57,826 bases of DNA from an uncultured Anaerolineaceae bacterium (GTDB lineage Bacteria; Chloroflexota; Anaerolineae; JAAYZQ01). The notes beneath the pieces are model-generated. The model saw only the letters and a program-made list of their open reading frames with translations, ran no database searches and was not told the origin of the DNA. Below, piece by piece: positions 1 through 9,172 of this stretch. How positions within the stretch are numbered: the stretch's first letter is position 1; each line of letters begins with the position of its first letter. The position numbers and the translations under genes are program-made. The stretch spans positions 1 to 57,826 of the forward strand of contig CAZNQW010000002.1 in assembly GCA_964575225.1 (NCBI GenBank), in the 5' to 3' direction.

Positions 1-433
1 TGAGTCGGCTCAGCTCCTGCTGCGACATGGTGGCAGGGTCGCACTGCACACCTCCCTTGGCTCCGCCGTAGGGGATGCCGACCACGGCGCATTTCCAGCT
101 CATCAGGGCGGCAAGCGCTCGAACCTCATTGAGGTCGACCTCTGGGTGGAAGCGTATGCCCCCTTTGCACGGCCCTCGCGCGCTCGAGTGTTGTACGCGA
201 TATCCGGTAAAGACCTCGATTTGTCCGTCGTCCATCATGACCGGCACGGCGACCACCAATTCCCGCTCCGGGTGGCGCAGAATTTTGTGGATCCCGGGAT
301 CCAGTTTGATGCGCTCGGCAACCTCATCAAGTTGCCTCAACGCGGTATCCCACAACGTCTGCCTGGGTGGTTGGGCGCCCACCGAGTTGGCCGAGTTCTG
401 GGTGATGATTTTGGTATCTTGTTTTTTAGTCAT
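1..433 (-). CDS. gdh: Glutamate dehydrogenase (Glu/Leu/Phe/Val dehydrogenase family), N-terminal part; C-terminus lies beyond the left window edge
   Basis: The frame is open to position 1, so it is absent from the ORF track. Reverse translation from ATG (comp. 431-433) gives [12 protein letters not shown]...[76 protein letters not shown]. These are the conserved KGGxRF and GxPxGGxKGG blocks of GDH. Confidence 0.85.
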   Translation of the reverse strand, partial: MTKKQDTKIITQNSANSVGAQPPRQTLWDTALRQLDEVAERIKLDPGIHKILRHPERELVVAVPVMMDDGQIEVFTGYRVQHSSARGPCKGGIRFHPEVDLNEVRALAALMSWKCAVVGIPYGGAKGGVQCDPATMSQQELSRL

Positions 434-659
434 AAAACCCTCCGCTGATCAGTGTGGTAGAGAGCTATTGGTCCTCTTGTTGTTTACGACACCCGGCTAC
501 GGTCGATCCCGGTGAGCAGGGGGAACGGCATCCACTGGGAGTTGAGAAGGAGGGGGCAGCCACGGCGCGCTTTCGCTTCGCTCGATCCTGCTGCGAGTTG
601 TTGCTAATCATTCTCCCTCTGTGTGCACGTTCCCAACAGGCCCAAGGGCCAACTTGCCA

Positions 660-705
660 ACAAATCAAAACACCCGCTCTGAAAAAAAGTGCGCAGCGCG
701 GGTGT
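660..705 (-). terminator. Possible intrinsic terminator downstream of gatB
   Basis: An 8-bp stem, ACACCCGC (670-677) with GCGGGTGT (698-705), has an inner 3-bp extension. On the minus strand TTTGATTTG follows. The loop is large, so this is a weak call. Confidence 0.35.
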
Positions 706-841
706 GCTTCCTCAGGAAGGAATTGCCACGCTGCAATCCTCAGCTATTTTCAGGCAGTATAGCACAAGCAGGGTGACCTGGCAAAAAACGAGGGAAGCAA
801 GAACCAAGCATCGCCTGTTGGTGGCATTGGCCGTTCCCTTT

Positions 842-2296
842 CTATTCTGACAACCGGTCCTGGATCAGCGGTGTGACGACCTGGGGATTGGCTTTTCCCC
901 GGGTGGCCCTCATCACCTGGCCCACGAACCACTGCAACAGGCTATCTTTGCCCGCCCGGTAGCGGGCTACCTGGTCGGGGTTGGCGGCAACGATCTGATC
1001 CACGATCTGGGCGAGTTCGTCCTCATCCGACACCTGGGCGAGACCCTGTTGCTCGATGATCGAGGCGGGCGAATGGCCTGTGGCGAACATCTCGGTCAGG
1101 ACGGCCTTTCCGGTGTTCGCCGTGATGGCGCCTTGTTGCACCAGGGCAATGAGATCGACGAGGGCCTTGGGGGTTGTGCGAACAGTCTCCATGGCTAGGT
1201 TCTCCGCCTTCAGCAGCCGAAAGAGATCGCCCGTGATCCAGTTGGCCACGAGTTGGGGAGCGATGCCCTTTTTCTTGGCAGCGGCAACGGCCGACTCCAA
1301 GTAGAGGGCCGTTTCCCTATCTTCCGCCAGGAGGGAGGCATCGCTGCGGGTTAGCCCATACTCTGTTTCGAACCGGTGGCGCAGGACATCGGGCAGTTCC
1401 GGCTGCCGGGCGTGGATCTCCTCGACCCAGGTGGGTGAGATGTGCAGGGGGGGAAGATCGGGCTCGGGAAAGTAGCGATAATCGTCCGATTCCTCTTTGA
1501 CCCGTTGCTCGATGGTGTGCCCCTGTCGCTCGTCCCAGCCCATGGTCACCTGGCGGACTTTTTCCCCACGGTCCAGGAGCGCGGCCTGGCGTTGAATCTC
1601 GAACTCCAGGGCCTGCCGCACAGCTCGGAACGAGTTGAGGTTCTTGACTTCGACTTTGGTCCCGAGCTTCTCGGTGCCCACAGGCCGCAGCGAGATGTTG
1701 GGCTCGCAGCGCATGGCGCCTTTTTCCATGTCGCCCGTAGAGACGCCCAGATAGCGCAAGATGGATCGCAGCTTGATCAGATACTGGCGCGCCTCTTCGG
1801 GGGTTCGGATATCCGGTTCGGTCACGATCTCGAGCAGGGGCAGGCCGGCGCGGTTAAAGTCCACCAGGCTGTGGTCGCCCGCGTGGAACAGCTTGGCGGT
1901 CTCTTCTTCCAGATGGACCCGCCGAATACGGATCCGTTTGGCGGGTCCCTGGGGATCTTCTGGGTCGTCGATCTCGACAAAGCCGTTGAGGCACAGCGGC
2001 AGGTCGTACATGCTGATCTGATAGGCTTTGGGTAGATCGGGGTAGAAATAGTTTTTGCGAGCAAACACGGCCGTCTCGGCGATGGAGCAGTGGAGCGCCA
2101 ACCCAACCATGATGGCCTGTTCCACGGCCTGGCGGTTGAGCACAGGCAGGACACCGGGCATGCCCAGGCAGACGGGGCAGGTGTGGGTGTTGGGCTCTGC
2201 GCGGAACACCGCCGCGTCGCAGCCGCAGAACACCTTGGATTGCGTCAGTAGCTGGGCGTGCACTTCCATGCCCACGATTGATTCGTACTGTGCCAT
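842..2296 (-). CDS. gatB: Asp-tRNA(Asn)/Glu-tRNA(Gln) amidotransferase subunit B
   Basis: ORF 842..2332. Motifs: [36 protein letters not shown], and the C-terminal GatB/YqeY domain ([16 protein letters not shown]). I moved the start to ATG 2296 (MAQYES), which is preceded by AAGAGGGA; this removes the overlap with the upstream HAD gene stop at 2308. Confidence 0.95.
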   Translation of the reverse strand: MAQYESIVGMEVHAQLLTQSKVFCGCDAAVFRAEPNTHTCPVCLGMPGVLPVLNRQAVEQAIMVGLALHCSIAETAVFARKNYFYPDLPKAYQISMYDLPLCLNGFVEIDDPEDPQGPAKRIRIRRVHLEEETAKLFHAGDHSLVDFNRAGLPLLEIVTEPDIRTPEEARQYLIKLRSILRYLGVSTGDMEKGAMRCEPNISLRPVGTEKLGTKVEVKNLNSFRAVRQALEFEIQRQAALLDRGEKVRQVTMGWDERQGHTIEQRVKEESDDYRYFPEPDLPPLHISPTWVEEIHARQPELPDVLRHRFETEYGLTRSDASLLAEDRETALYLESAVAAAKKKGIAPQLVANWITGDLFRLLKAENLAMETVRTTPKALVDLIALVQQGAITANTGKAVLTEMFATGHSPASIIEQQGLAQVSDEDELAQIVDQIVAANPDQVARYRAGKDSLLQWFVGQVMRATRGKANPQVVTPLIQDRLSE

Positions 2297-2307
2297 TCCA
2301 TCCCTCT

Positions 2308-2967
2308 TTAGTAAAATTGTTCGATGGGCCATCCACGCTGACGAGCTTTGCGCCGCAGCCTGGGGTCGGGGTTGACGGCGACCGGATGCCCTACCCGTTC
2401 CAGGAGGGGCAAATCGCTGATGCTGTCGGTGTAGAAATGGCTCCGTCCCAGGTCCACGTCGTGCTCGGCAGCAAAGCGTTCAGCCCAGAGGATCTTGCCC
2501 TCGCCGTAGCATGCCGGGGGCGTGATCTTGCCTGTGAGCTGTCCCCCTCGGTTTTCCAGACGGGTGCAGACATAGTTGCCGGGAATGCCCAGATAGGCAG
2601 CCACGGGCCCCACGACATACTGGGTCGAGGCCGACACAATCGCCACCAGGTGCCCCTGGGTTTGGTGCTCTCGGACGCGGGCCAGGCCTCGCTCGGTGAC
2701 GTGGGGCAGCACGTCTTGCTCAAACCAGCGATCGCACAGGCTCAGGATGTCCGGTTCATTTTGTCCTTGAGCTGTGGCTGCCAGCTTGGGAATCAGACTG
2801 TCCATTTTGAGCAGGCCAAGCCGGGTGAGCAAGCTCCACCAACCCACCTGCAGCAGCTCTCGGTGGTTCATGAGGCCGATGCGGTATTGGTGGCGGGCAT
2901 AGAGGGTGCCCGAGCTGGTATCGAGCAAGGTTCTATCCAGATCGAACAGCGCCGCGACCCGTGGCAT
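2308..2967 (-). CDS. HAD-superfamily hydrolase, subfamily IB (SerB/PSPase-like)
   Basis: The N-terminal DxDxT motif is present ([12 protein letters not shown]), followed by IVSAST and a C-terminal [11 protein letters not shown] acid motif. GGAGGG precedes the ATG. Its stop lies 11 nt before the gatB start, so the two are a likely operon. Confidence 0.8.
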   Translation of the reverse strand: MPRVAALFDLDRTLLDTSSGTLYARHQYRIGLMNHRELLQVGWWSLLTRLGLLKMDSLIPKLAATAQGQNEPDILSLCDRWFEQDVLPHVTERGLARVREHQTQGHLVAIVSASTQYVVGPVAAYLGIPGNYVCTRLENRGGQLTGKITPPACYGEGKILWAERFAAEHDVDLGRSHFYTDSISDLPLLERVGHPVAVNPDPRLRRKARQRGWPIEQFY

Positions 2968-3146
2968 GCAAAAACCCTCCTCTAATAGGCCTGCCCATTA
3001 TACGCGAGAATAGGCCTCGGGGCAAGGATTTACCCCAAAGGGGACCCGGTTGGGGGGCTGTCCGATTCACCTGGCGCCCTGCCGGACTTACGGCTTACGT
3101 CATCCTGTGGTAGAATAATCCATCTTTTTATCTTGTAGGAGACACC

Positions 3147-4352
3147 ATGCGCGCTGAGATTGTGACGACCGGGACGGAGCTTTTGCTGGGACAGATCGAT
3201 GATACCAATGCCACCTATCTGGCTCGGCAGCTCCATGACCTGGGAATTGACCTGTACTTTCGCAGCACGGTGGGCGATAACGAGGCCCGGATTGCCCAGG
3301 TCCTGGAGCAGGCCCTGGCACGGGCGGACATTATCATCACCACCGGAGGGCTGGGACCGACGGTGGACGATGTCACCCGCGATGCCGTGGCTCGAGCGAC
3401 GGGACGCCCCTTGGTGCTCTTCCCGGACCTTTTGGCTCAGATCGAAGTCTTTTTTGCGCGTCTGGGACCGACGGCCATGACGGACAACAACCGTCGCCAG
3501 GCCTACCTGCCCGAGGGCTGCATTCCCATTGAGAATCCTGTGGGCACGGCGCCGGCCTTTATCGTGGAGGACGAGCGGGGAACGATCATCACCTTGCCCG
3601 GTGTGCCCCGCGAAATGCGCTATCTGACCGAGCATTCCGTGGTGCCCTATCTGCTGAGCCGCTTGGGTCAGCGGGAGGCGTTGGTAACACGCGTGCTTCG
3701 CACGGTGGCTCTGGGCGAAAGCCGCATCGACCAGCTCATCGCCGATCTCGAAACCTCATCGAACCCGACGGTGGGGTTGTCGGCCCATTTGGGCCAGACC
3801 GACGTGCGCATTGTAGCCAAGGCCTCGACCCTGGAGGAAGCCGAATCGCTGGTCGCCGATTTCGAGGCCAGAATTCGGGAGCGACTGGGGGCCGTTATCT
3901 ATGCCACCGGGGACGCCACGGTCGAGGCCGTCATCGCCGACCTCCTCCAGGAGCAGGGTGCCCGCTTGGCCGTGGCTGAGACCGTGACCGGCGGACAGCT
4001 CAGCCAGCGGATGAGTTTTTACTCCCAGGCCTTTGCAGGAAGTCTGGTGGCGCCTGATTATGCCGGATTGCAGGCCCTGTTGGGGCAAAGCGACGTCCCC
4101 GCTCAGGGGGAAGCTGCCGCGGTGAGGATGGCCGAGACGGTGCGCGATACGTGGCAGGTCAGCCACGGTCTGGCCGTTCTGGGCGAGGAAGATGAGTCGC
4201 CGTGGGTGGCCATTGCCACGGCAGAAGGAACCGTCACCCGCCAGTTTCTTTCCCGCGGGCGCGGGCATCGCGGTCGCGTATGGATGTCGACCCAGGCACT
4301 CGAGCTGCTGCGGCGGCTGCTGTTAAAAGTGACCGAGGATTGGGTGGGATAA
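3147..4352 (+). CDS. cinA: CinA-family protein (MoCF-type N-terminal domain + PncC-like nicotinamide-nucleotide amidase C-terminal domain)
   Basis: The N-terminus is MRAEIVTTGTELLLGQIDDTNATYLARQL...ITTGGLGPTVDDVT. The C-terminal domain carries LAVAETVTGGQL, the ESCTGG-like motif. Confidence 0.85.
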   Translation: MRAEIVTTGTELLLGQIDDTNATYLARQLHDLGIDLYFRSTVGDNEARIAQVLEQALARADIIITTGGLGPTVDDVTRDAVARATGRPLVLFPDLLAQIEVFFARLGPTAMTDNNRRQAYLPEGCIPIENPVGTAPAFIVEDERGTIITLPGVPREMRYLTEHSVVPYLLSRLGQREALVTRVLRTVALGESRIDQLIADLETSSNPTVGLSAHLGQTDVRIVAKASTLEEAESLVADFEARIRERLGAVIYATGDATVEAVIADLLQEQGARLAVAETVTGGQLSQRMSFYSQAFAGSLVAPDYAGLQALLGQSDVPAQGEAAAVRMAETVRDTWQVSHGLAVLGEEDESPWVAIATAEGTVTRQFLSRGRGHRGRVWMSTQALELLRRLLLKVTEDWVG

Positions 4353-4365
4353 CGCGGAGGAATCT

Positions 4366-6144
4366 GTGGCTACCATTCGGAGGCCTGTCATTCTGATCGT
4401 GGCGGTGTTGTTCATGATTTTGGCCGCGCTCCCTGCTGGCGCCCAGCCGCCTGTATCCCGAGCCGCCGTGGACGCGAAAGTGTGGCAGGCTCTGGAGTCG
4501 ACGGGGTGGGCCGATGTGCTTTTGATCCTCGAGAAGCAGGCCGACCTGAGGGGGGCCGCTGCCCTGCCGTCCAAAGGGGCCAAAGGCCGCTATGTCTTCG
4601 AAACCCTGCGAGCCGTGGCCAAAGCGAGCCAGGGGGATCTAAAAGCTCTCCTCAGTCGGCAGGGGCTGGCCTATCGGTCCTTTTACATCGTCAACGCTCT
4701 GGCTGTGCAAGTCGATGGGGAGCAGATCGAGGCCCTGGCCCGCAGGGGGGATGTGGCCCGTATTGTGGCCAACGCTCCCTTTCGCGCTGCGCCCGATCTT
4801 CCCGAGATCGCTGGGGTTGCACCGGAGGGCATCCAGTCGAACCTGACCCGCGTCCATGCCGACGACGTGTGGGCGCTGGGGCACACCGGCGAGGGGGTGG
4901 TGGTCGCCGGGCAGGACACCGGCTACGATTGGGATCACCCGGCCCTGATCCGCCAATATCGGGGCTGGGAGGACGCTGCGGCTAACCATGACTACAACTG
5001 GCACGATGCTATTCACAGCGGCGGCAGCGATGATTGCCACGCCGACTCGCCGGAACCCTGTGATGACCACGGGCACGGCACCCACACGATGGGCATCCTG
5101 GTCGGCGACGATGGCGCGGATCATCAAATTGGGATGGCTCCCGGCGCCCGCTGGATCGGGTGCCGAAATATGGATCGGGGTGTGGGCACCCCGGCCAGTT
5201 ACATGGAGTGTTTCGAGTTCTTTTTGGCGCCCTATCCGGTGGCGGGCACACCCGATCAGGGGAATCCGGGCCTGGCACCCGACGTGGTCAACAACTCGTG
5301 GGCTTGCTTGGTGAGTGAGGGCTGCATCGACCCCGGTATCCTCGAACCCTCGGTGGAGGCCTTACGCCAGGCAGGCATCGTTGTGGTGGCGTCGGCGGGC
5401 AACACGGGCAGTGCCTGCGGGACGATCGTTTCGCCGCCGGCCATCTATGCGGGCTCGCTGACTGTGGGCAACTTTTATCACTTGACCGACAGCATCTGGT
5501 ACACCTCGAGCCGGGGTCCGGTGACCTACGACGGGCGCACCTACCGCAAGCCCGATCTTGCGGCCCCGGGTACGGGCATTTTGTCGAGCCTGCCGGGCGG
5601 CGGCTACGGGTCCATGACGGGCACGAGCATGGCGGCCCCTCACGTGGCGGGAGCCGTGGCGCTGTTGCTGTCGGCCGCGCCCGCGTACCGGGGACAGGTG
5701 GAAGCCATCGAGCAGCTTTTGATGCGCTCCGCCGAGCCGAAAACGACGACGCAGGGCTGCGGCGGGGATGGGCCGACCGATGTACCCAACAACGTCTGGG
5801 GCTGGGGTATCCTGGACGTTCAGGCGGCCGTGCAGTGGGCGTTCACGTCTGGGACTTGTCAGGGAACCGTGCGCTCGGAAAGAAGCGGATCACCGATCGC
5901 TTGGGCCAAGGTGTCCGCCCAGCTTGGGTCTGCTACCCCGGTTCCAGAGACGGTAACGGATCGGATGGGTAACTTTGCGCTACCGCTGCCGGTGGGTAGT
6001 TACCAGGTGATGGCTCAGGCTACTGACTATGTGTCGGAGACGGTTTCGGCTGTGGCAATCACAGCCGGGGAGATCACCGAACAGGAGCTCTTTTTGACGC
6101 GGCCCTTTGGCGTGTATTTGCCCATGATCCTCAGGGCCAGATAG
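4366..6144 (+). CDS. Secreted subtilisin-like serine protease (peptidase S8) with I9 propeptide and a C-terminal Ig/carboxypeptidase-regulatory-like domain
   Basis: GTG start after GGAGGAA. Signal peptide: ILIVAVLFMILAALPAGAQP. Catalytic triad context: AGQDTGYDWDHPAL (Asp), HGHGTHTMG (His), GTSMAAPHVAG (Ser). The protein ends ...GVYLPMILRAR. Confidence 0.9.
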   Translation: MATIRRPVILIVAVLFMILAALPAGAQPPVSRAAVDAKVWQALESTGWADVLLILEKQADLRGAAALPSKGAKGRYVFETLRAVAKASQGDLKALLSRQGLAYRSFYIVNALAVQVDGEQIEALARRGDVARIVANAPFRAAPDLPEIAGVAPEGIQSNLTRVHADDVWALGHTGEGVVVAGQDTGYDWDHPALIRQYRGWEDAAANHDYNWHDAIHSGGSDDCHADSPEPCDDHGHGTHTMGILVGDDGADHQIGMAPGARWIGCRNMDRGVGTPASYMECFEFFLAPYPVAGTPDQGNPGLAPDVVNNSWACLVSEGCIDPGILEPSVEALRQAGIVVVASAGNTGSACGTIVSPPAIYAGSLTVGNFYHLTDSIWYTSSRGPVTYDGRTYRKPDLAAPGTGILSSLPGGGYGSMTGTSMAAPHVAGAVALLLSAAPAYRGQVEAIEQLLMRSAEPKTTTQGCGGDGPTDVPNNVWGWGILDVQAAVQWAFTSGTCQGTVRSERSGSPIAWAKVSAQLGSATPVPETVTDRMGNFALPLPVGSYQVMAQATDYVSETVSAVAITAGEITEQELFLTRPFGVYLPMILRAR

Positions 6145-6268
6145 TCCCAAGAGGGATGCCTGGCAGATGATTTGATGGGATAGCACAGGAGGGGCGAGCC
6201 AGAAGCCGCGAGACCTGGCCACAATCCTGAAATGTACGCGGTCCAGGGAGAGCGCGCAATCCAGGCTC

Positions 6269-6297
6269 TTGCCGTTCTCTGTCTCATGGAGTATAAT
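6269..6297 (+). promoter_or_regulatory. Sigma70-like promoter upstream of polA (TTGCCG-17 nt-TATAAT)
   Basis: -35 TTGCCG at 6269-6274 and -10 TATAAT at 6292-6297, with exactly 17-nt spacing, about 90 nt upstream of the polA ATG. Confidence 0.4.
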
Positions 6298-6389
6298 CTA
6301 CCGGCTGATTGGGGCGTTGGACAGATGGCGACGGTGTCGGCCCTTTGAGGGATCTTGGGGTTTTGCCGTCGCAGGGGGAGGAGCGCAAC

Positions 6390-9155
6390 ATGGGAAAATC
6401 GGGCAAATTGGCACTGATCGATGGGCACGCGTTGGTGTATCGTGCCTATTTTGCGCTGCCTGCTCAGATGTCCACGTCCCGCGGCGAGTTGGTGAACGCG
6501 GTGTTTGGGTTCGCCTCGATGTTGCTGAATGTTTTGCGAGACGAACAGCCGGACTATTTGGCGGTGACCTTTGACCGGGGCCGCACCTTTCGTCACGATG
6601 ACTATGCCGAGTACAAGGCCAACCGGGCGACCATGCCCGACGATCTGCACGCCCAGTTTCAGCGCATCGACGAGTTGCTGGAAGCCTTTGACATTCCGAC
6701 CTATTCGGCCGAGGGCTTTGAGGCCGACGACGTGCTGGCCGCCCTGGGCAGTCAGGCCGAAGAACAGGGGGTGGACGTCCTGATCGTCACCGGCGATACC
6801 GATGCCTTTCAACTGATCGACCCCCACCTGAAGGTCCTGACGCCCCGTCGGTCTTTTGGCGATTCGGTCGTGTATGATGAACCGGCCATTCAGGAGCGTT
6901 ATGGGCTGTCGCCCAGGCAGTTGATCGACTACAAGGCCCTGGTGGGCGATACCAGCGACAACGTCCCCGGTGTCAAGGGCATCGGCGCCAAGACGGCGAC
7001 GAGCCTATTGCAGCAGTACGGCAGCCTGGAGAACATCTATGAGCATCTGGACGAGATTTCCAGCGCTCGCTTTCGCAAGGCGCTGGAAGAGGGTCGTCAG
7101 AGCGCCTTTCTGAGCAAGCACCTGGTGACCATCGTCCGAGACGTGCCGGTGACCCTCGATCTGGAAGCCTGCCGCGTGGGCGAGCTGGACCGAGATCGGG
7201 TCGTCAACCTGTTCCGCGAGTTGGAATTTCGCGCCCTGCTGAATCGCCTGCCCGGCGGTGAGGAGACGGGCATCCCGGCCCAGCTCTCCCTCTTTGGAGA
7301 AGAGCCTTCCCCGGCGCCCAGCCAGGCGCAGGCCGATTATTTCGTGGTGGAGAGTGAAGCCGCCCTGGATGCGCTGGTGGCCGAATTGCGGGAAGCAGAG
7401 GTCATCGCCTTTGACGTCGAAACGACCAGCATGGATCCCATGGCTGCCCAATTGGTGGGAATTGCCCTCACGGCTCGCGAAGGGGTGGGCTACTATATCC
7501 CGGTCGGCCACAAAGGGAGCGATGCCAATCTGGACCTGTCGATGGTGGTTTCCAAGCTGGCGCCCGTGTTGCAGGAAGGCGCTCCCAAGTGTGCCCACAA
7601 CGCCAACTATGACCTTACCGTGCTGGCCGAATGCGAGCTGCATGTGGGACCGGTGACGTGCGACACCATGATCGCCGAGTGGCTTATCAACCCAGCCAGT
7701 CGAAACCTGGGGCTCAAGAACCTGGCCTGGAGCCGTTTGGGCGTAGAGATGACACCCATCGAAGACCTGATCGGAAGCGGCAAAAAGCAGACCACCATGG
7801 ATCGCGTGCCGGTGGCCCAGACGGCGCCCTATGCCTGCGCCGACGTGGACATGACCCTGCGCTTGGCGCGGCAGTTGCTGCCCGAGCTTGAGGAAAAGGC
7901 GCTGAGCGCGCTGTACTCGGACGTCGAAATGCCGCTGGTGCCGGTGGTGGTGGACATGCAACGGGCGGGTATCAAACTCGATGTCGAGTTCCTGGCAGAG
8001 ATGGGCCGCGACCTGGGCTGGCGATTGGGCGAATTGCAGGGTGAGATCGAAAAGCAGGTGGGCCACGCCATCAACATCCAGTCGCCCAAACAGTTGAGCC
8101 AGGCGTTGTTCGACGAGATGGGCCTGGCGCTGCCCTGGATGAGGCGTGGTGCATCGGGCCAGTATTCGACGGCGGCCGATGTGCTGGAAAAGCTGCGCGA
8201 TAGCCATCCGGTGGTCGATCTAATCCTCGAACACCGCCAGTTGGCCAAGCTCAAAGGTACCTATGTCGACACGCTGCCGGCACTGGTGAATCCGCGCACC
8301 GGGCGGCTGCACACGTCGTTCAATCAGGCCGGATCGATCACAGGGCGGTTCTCCTCATCGAACCCGAACCTGCAGAACATCCCCATCCGCACCGAATTGG
8401 GGCGCGAGATCCGCCGGGCCTTTGTGGCCGAGGAGGGATGGCTCTTGCTGGCGGCCGATTATTCCCAGGTGGAGCTGCGGGTGCTGGCCCATATCTCGGG
8501 CGACCCGGCCATGTTGGCTGCCTTTGCCCGGGGTGAGGACATTCACGCCAGCACAGCGGCGGCCATCTATGGCGTTCCCCTGGAAGAGGTGACCTCCGCC
8601 CAACGCCGTGTCGCCAAGATGACCAATTTCGCCATCAGCTATGGGGTTACCGGGTATGGGTTGTCGGAGCGCACAGAGCTATCTCCAGAAGAGGCCGGGC
8701 GCTTTATCGAGACCTATTTTGCGACCTACCCCCGTATCAAGGAGTATATCGATAGGACGCACCAGGAAGCGATCGCCAATGGCTACGTGGAAACCCTGCT
8801 GGGCCGGCGACGCTACTTTCCCGAGCTGGGCATGGGGGAGAACGTTCACCGCAATGTCCGGGAGCAGGCGTTGCGCATGGCGATCAATGCCCCCATTCAG
8901 GGTACGGCAGCGGACATACTCAAGGTAGCCATGAATCACCTGTGGCGCGAGTTGGGGGCGAGAAACCTGCACAGCAAGATGCTCTTGCAGGTACACGATG
9001 AGTTGGTGCTAGAGGTGCCCGAGGGCGAGCTGGAAGAGGTGACCCAGTTGGTGATCGAGACCATGGAACAGGCCTACCAACTGGACGCGCCCTTGAAAGT
9101 GGACGCCAAATATGGGGGCAACTGGCTGGAAATGGAGCCTATCCAGGCTGGATGA
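6390..9155 (+). CDS. polA: DNA polymerase I (5'-3' exonuclease, 3'-5' exonuclease and polymerase domains)
   Basis: Start set at ATG 6390 (MGKSGKLALIDGHALVYRAYFAL) after GGGGGAGGAG. Exo motif FDVETTS. Pol motif A LLAADYSQVELRVLAH, motif B RRVAKMTNFAISYG, motif C LLQVHDELVLE. Confidence 0.95.
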   Translation: MGKSGKLALIDGHALVYRAYFALPAQMSTSRGELVNAVFGFASMLLNVLRDEQPDYLAVTFDRGRTFRHDDYAEYKANRATMPDDLHAQFQRIDELLEAFDIPTYSAEGFEADDVLAALGSQAEEQGVDVLIVTGDTDAFQLIDPHLKVLTPRRSFGDSVVYDEPAIQERYGLSPRQLIDYKALVGDTSDNVPGVKGIGAKTATSLLQQYGSLENIYEHLDEISSARFRKALEEGRQSAFLSKHLVTIVRDVPVTLDLEACRVGELDRDRVVNLFRELEFRALLNRLPGGEETGIPAQLSLFGEEPSPAPSQAQADYFVVESEAALDALVAELREAEVIAFDVETTSMDPMAAQLVGIALTAREGVGYYIPVGHKGSDANLDLSMVVSKLAPVLQEGAPKCAHNANYDLTVLAECELHVGPVTCDTMIAEWLINPASRNLGLKNLAWSRLGVEMTPIEDLIGSGKKQTTMDRVPVAQTAPYACADVDMTLRLARQLLPELEEKALSALYSDVEMPLVPVVVDMQRAGIKLDVEFLAEMGRDLGWRLGELQGEIEKQVGHAINIQSPKQLSQALFDEMGLALPWMRRGASGQYSTAADVLEKLRDSHPVVDLILEHRQLAKLKGTYVDTLPALVNPRTGRLHTSFNQAGSITGRFSSSNPNLQNIPIRTELGREIRRAFVAEEGWLLLAADYSQVELRVLAHISGDPAMLAAFARGEDIHASTAAAIYGVPLEEVTSAQRRVAKMTNFAISYGVTGYGLSERTELSPEEAGRFIETYFATYPRIKEYIDRTHQEAIANGYVETLLGRRRYFPELGMGENVHRNVREQALRMAINAPIQGTAADILKVAMNHLWRELGARNLHSKMLLQVHDELVLEVPEGELEEVTQLVIETMEQAYQLDAPLKVDAKYGGNWLEMEPIQAG

Positions 9156-9172
9156 TCATTGAGGAGCGAGGC

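Noticed and set aside
7005-8207. Long antisense ORFs inside well-supported genes. Examples: 6027..6827(-), 7005..8207(-) in polA, 9476..10726(-) in argS, 29119..30249(+) in dinG, 38579..40018(+) in carB, 51022..52572(-) and 55859..57385(-) in the corrinoid cluster, and 10779..11597(-).
   Set aside because: These are typical shadow ORFs of a GC-rich genome. Their translations are Arg/Gly/Pro/His-rich low-complexity sequence with no motifs, they lack SD sequences, and each fully overlaps a gene with clear family signatures on the other strand.
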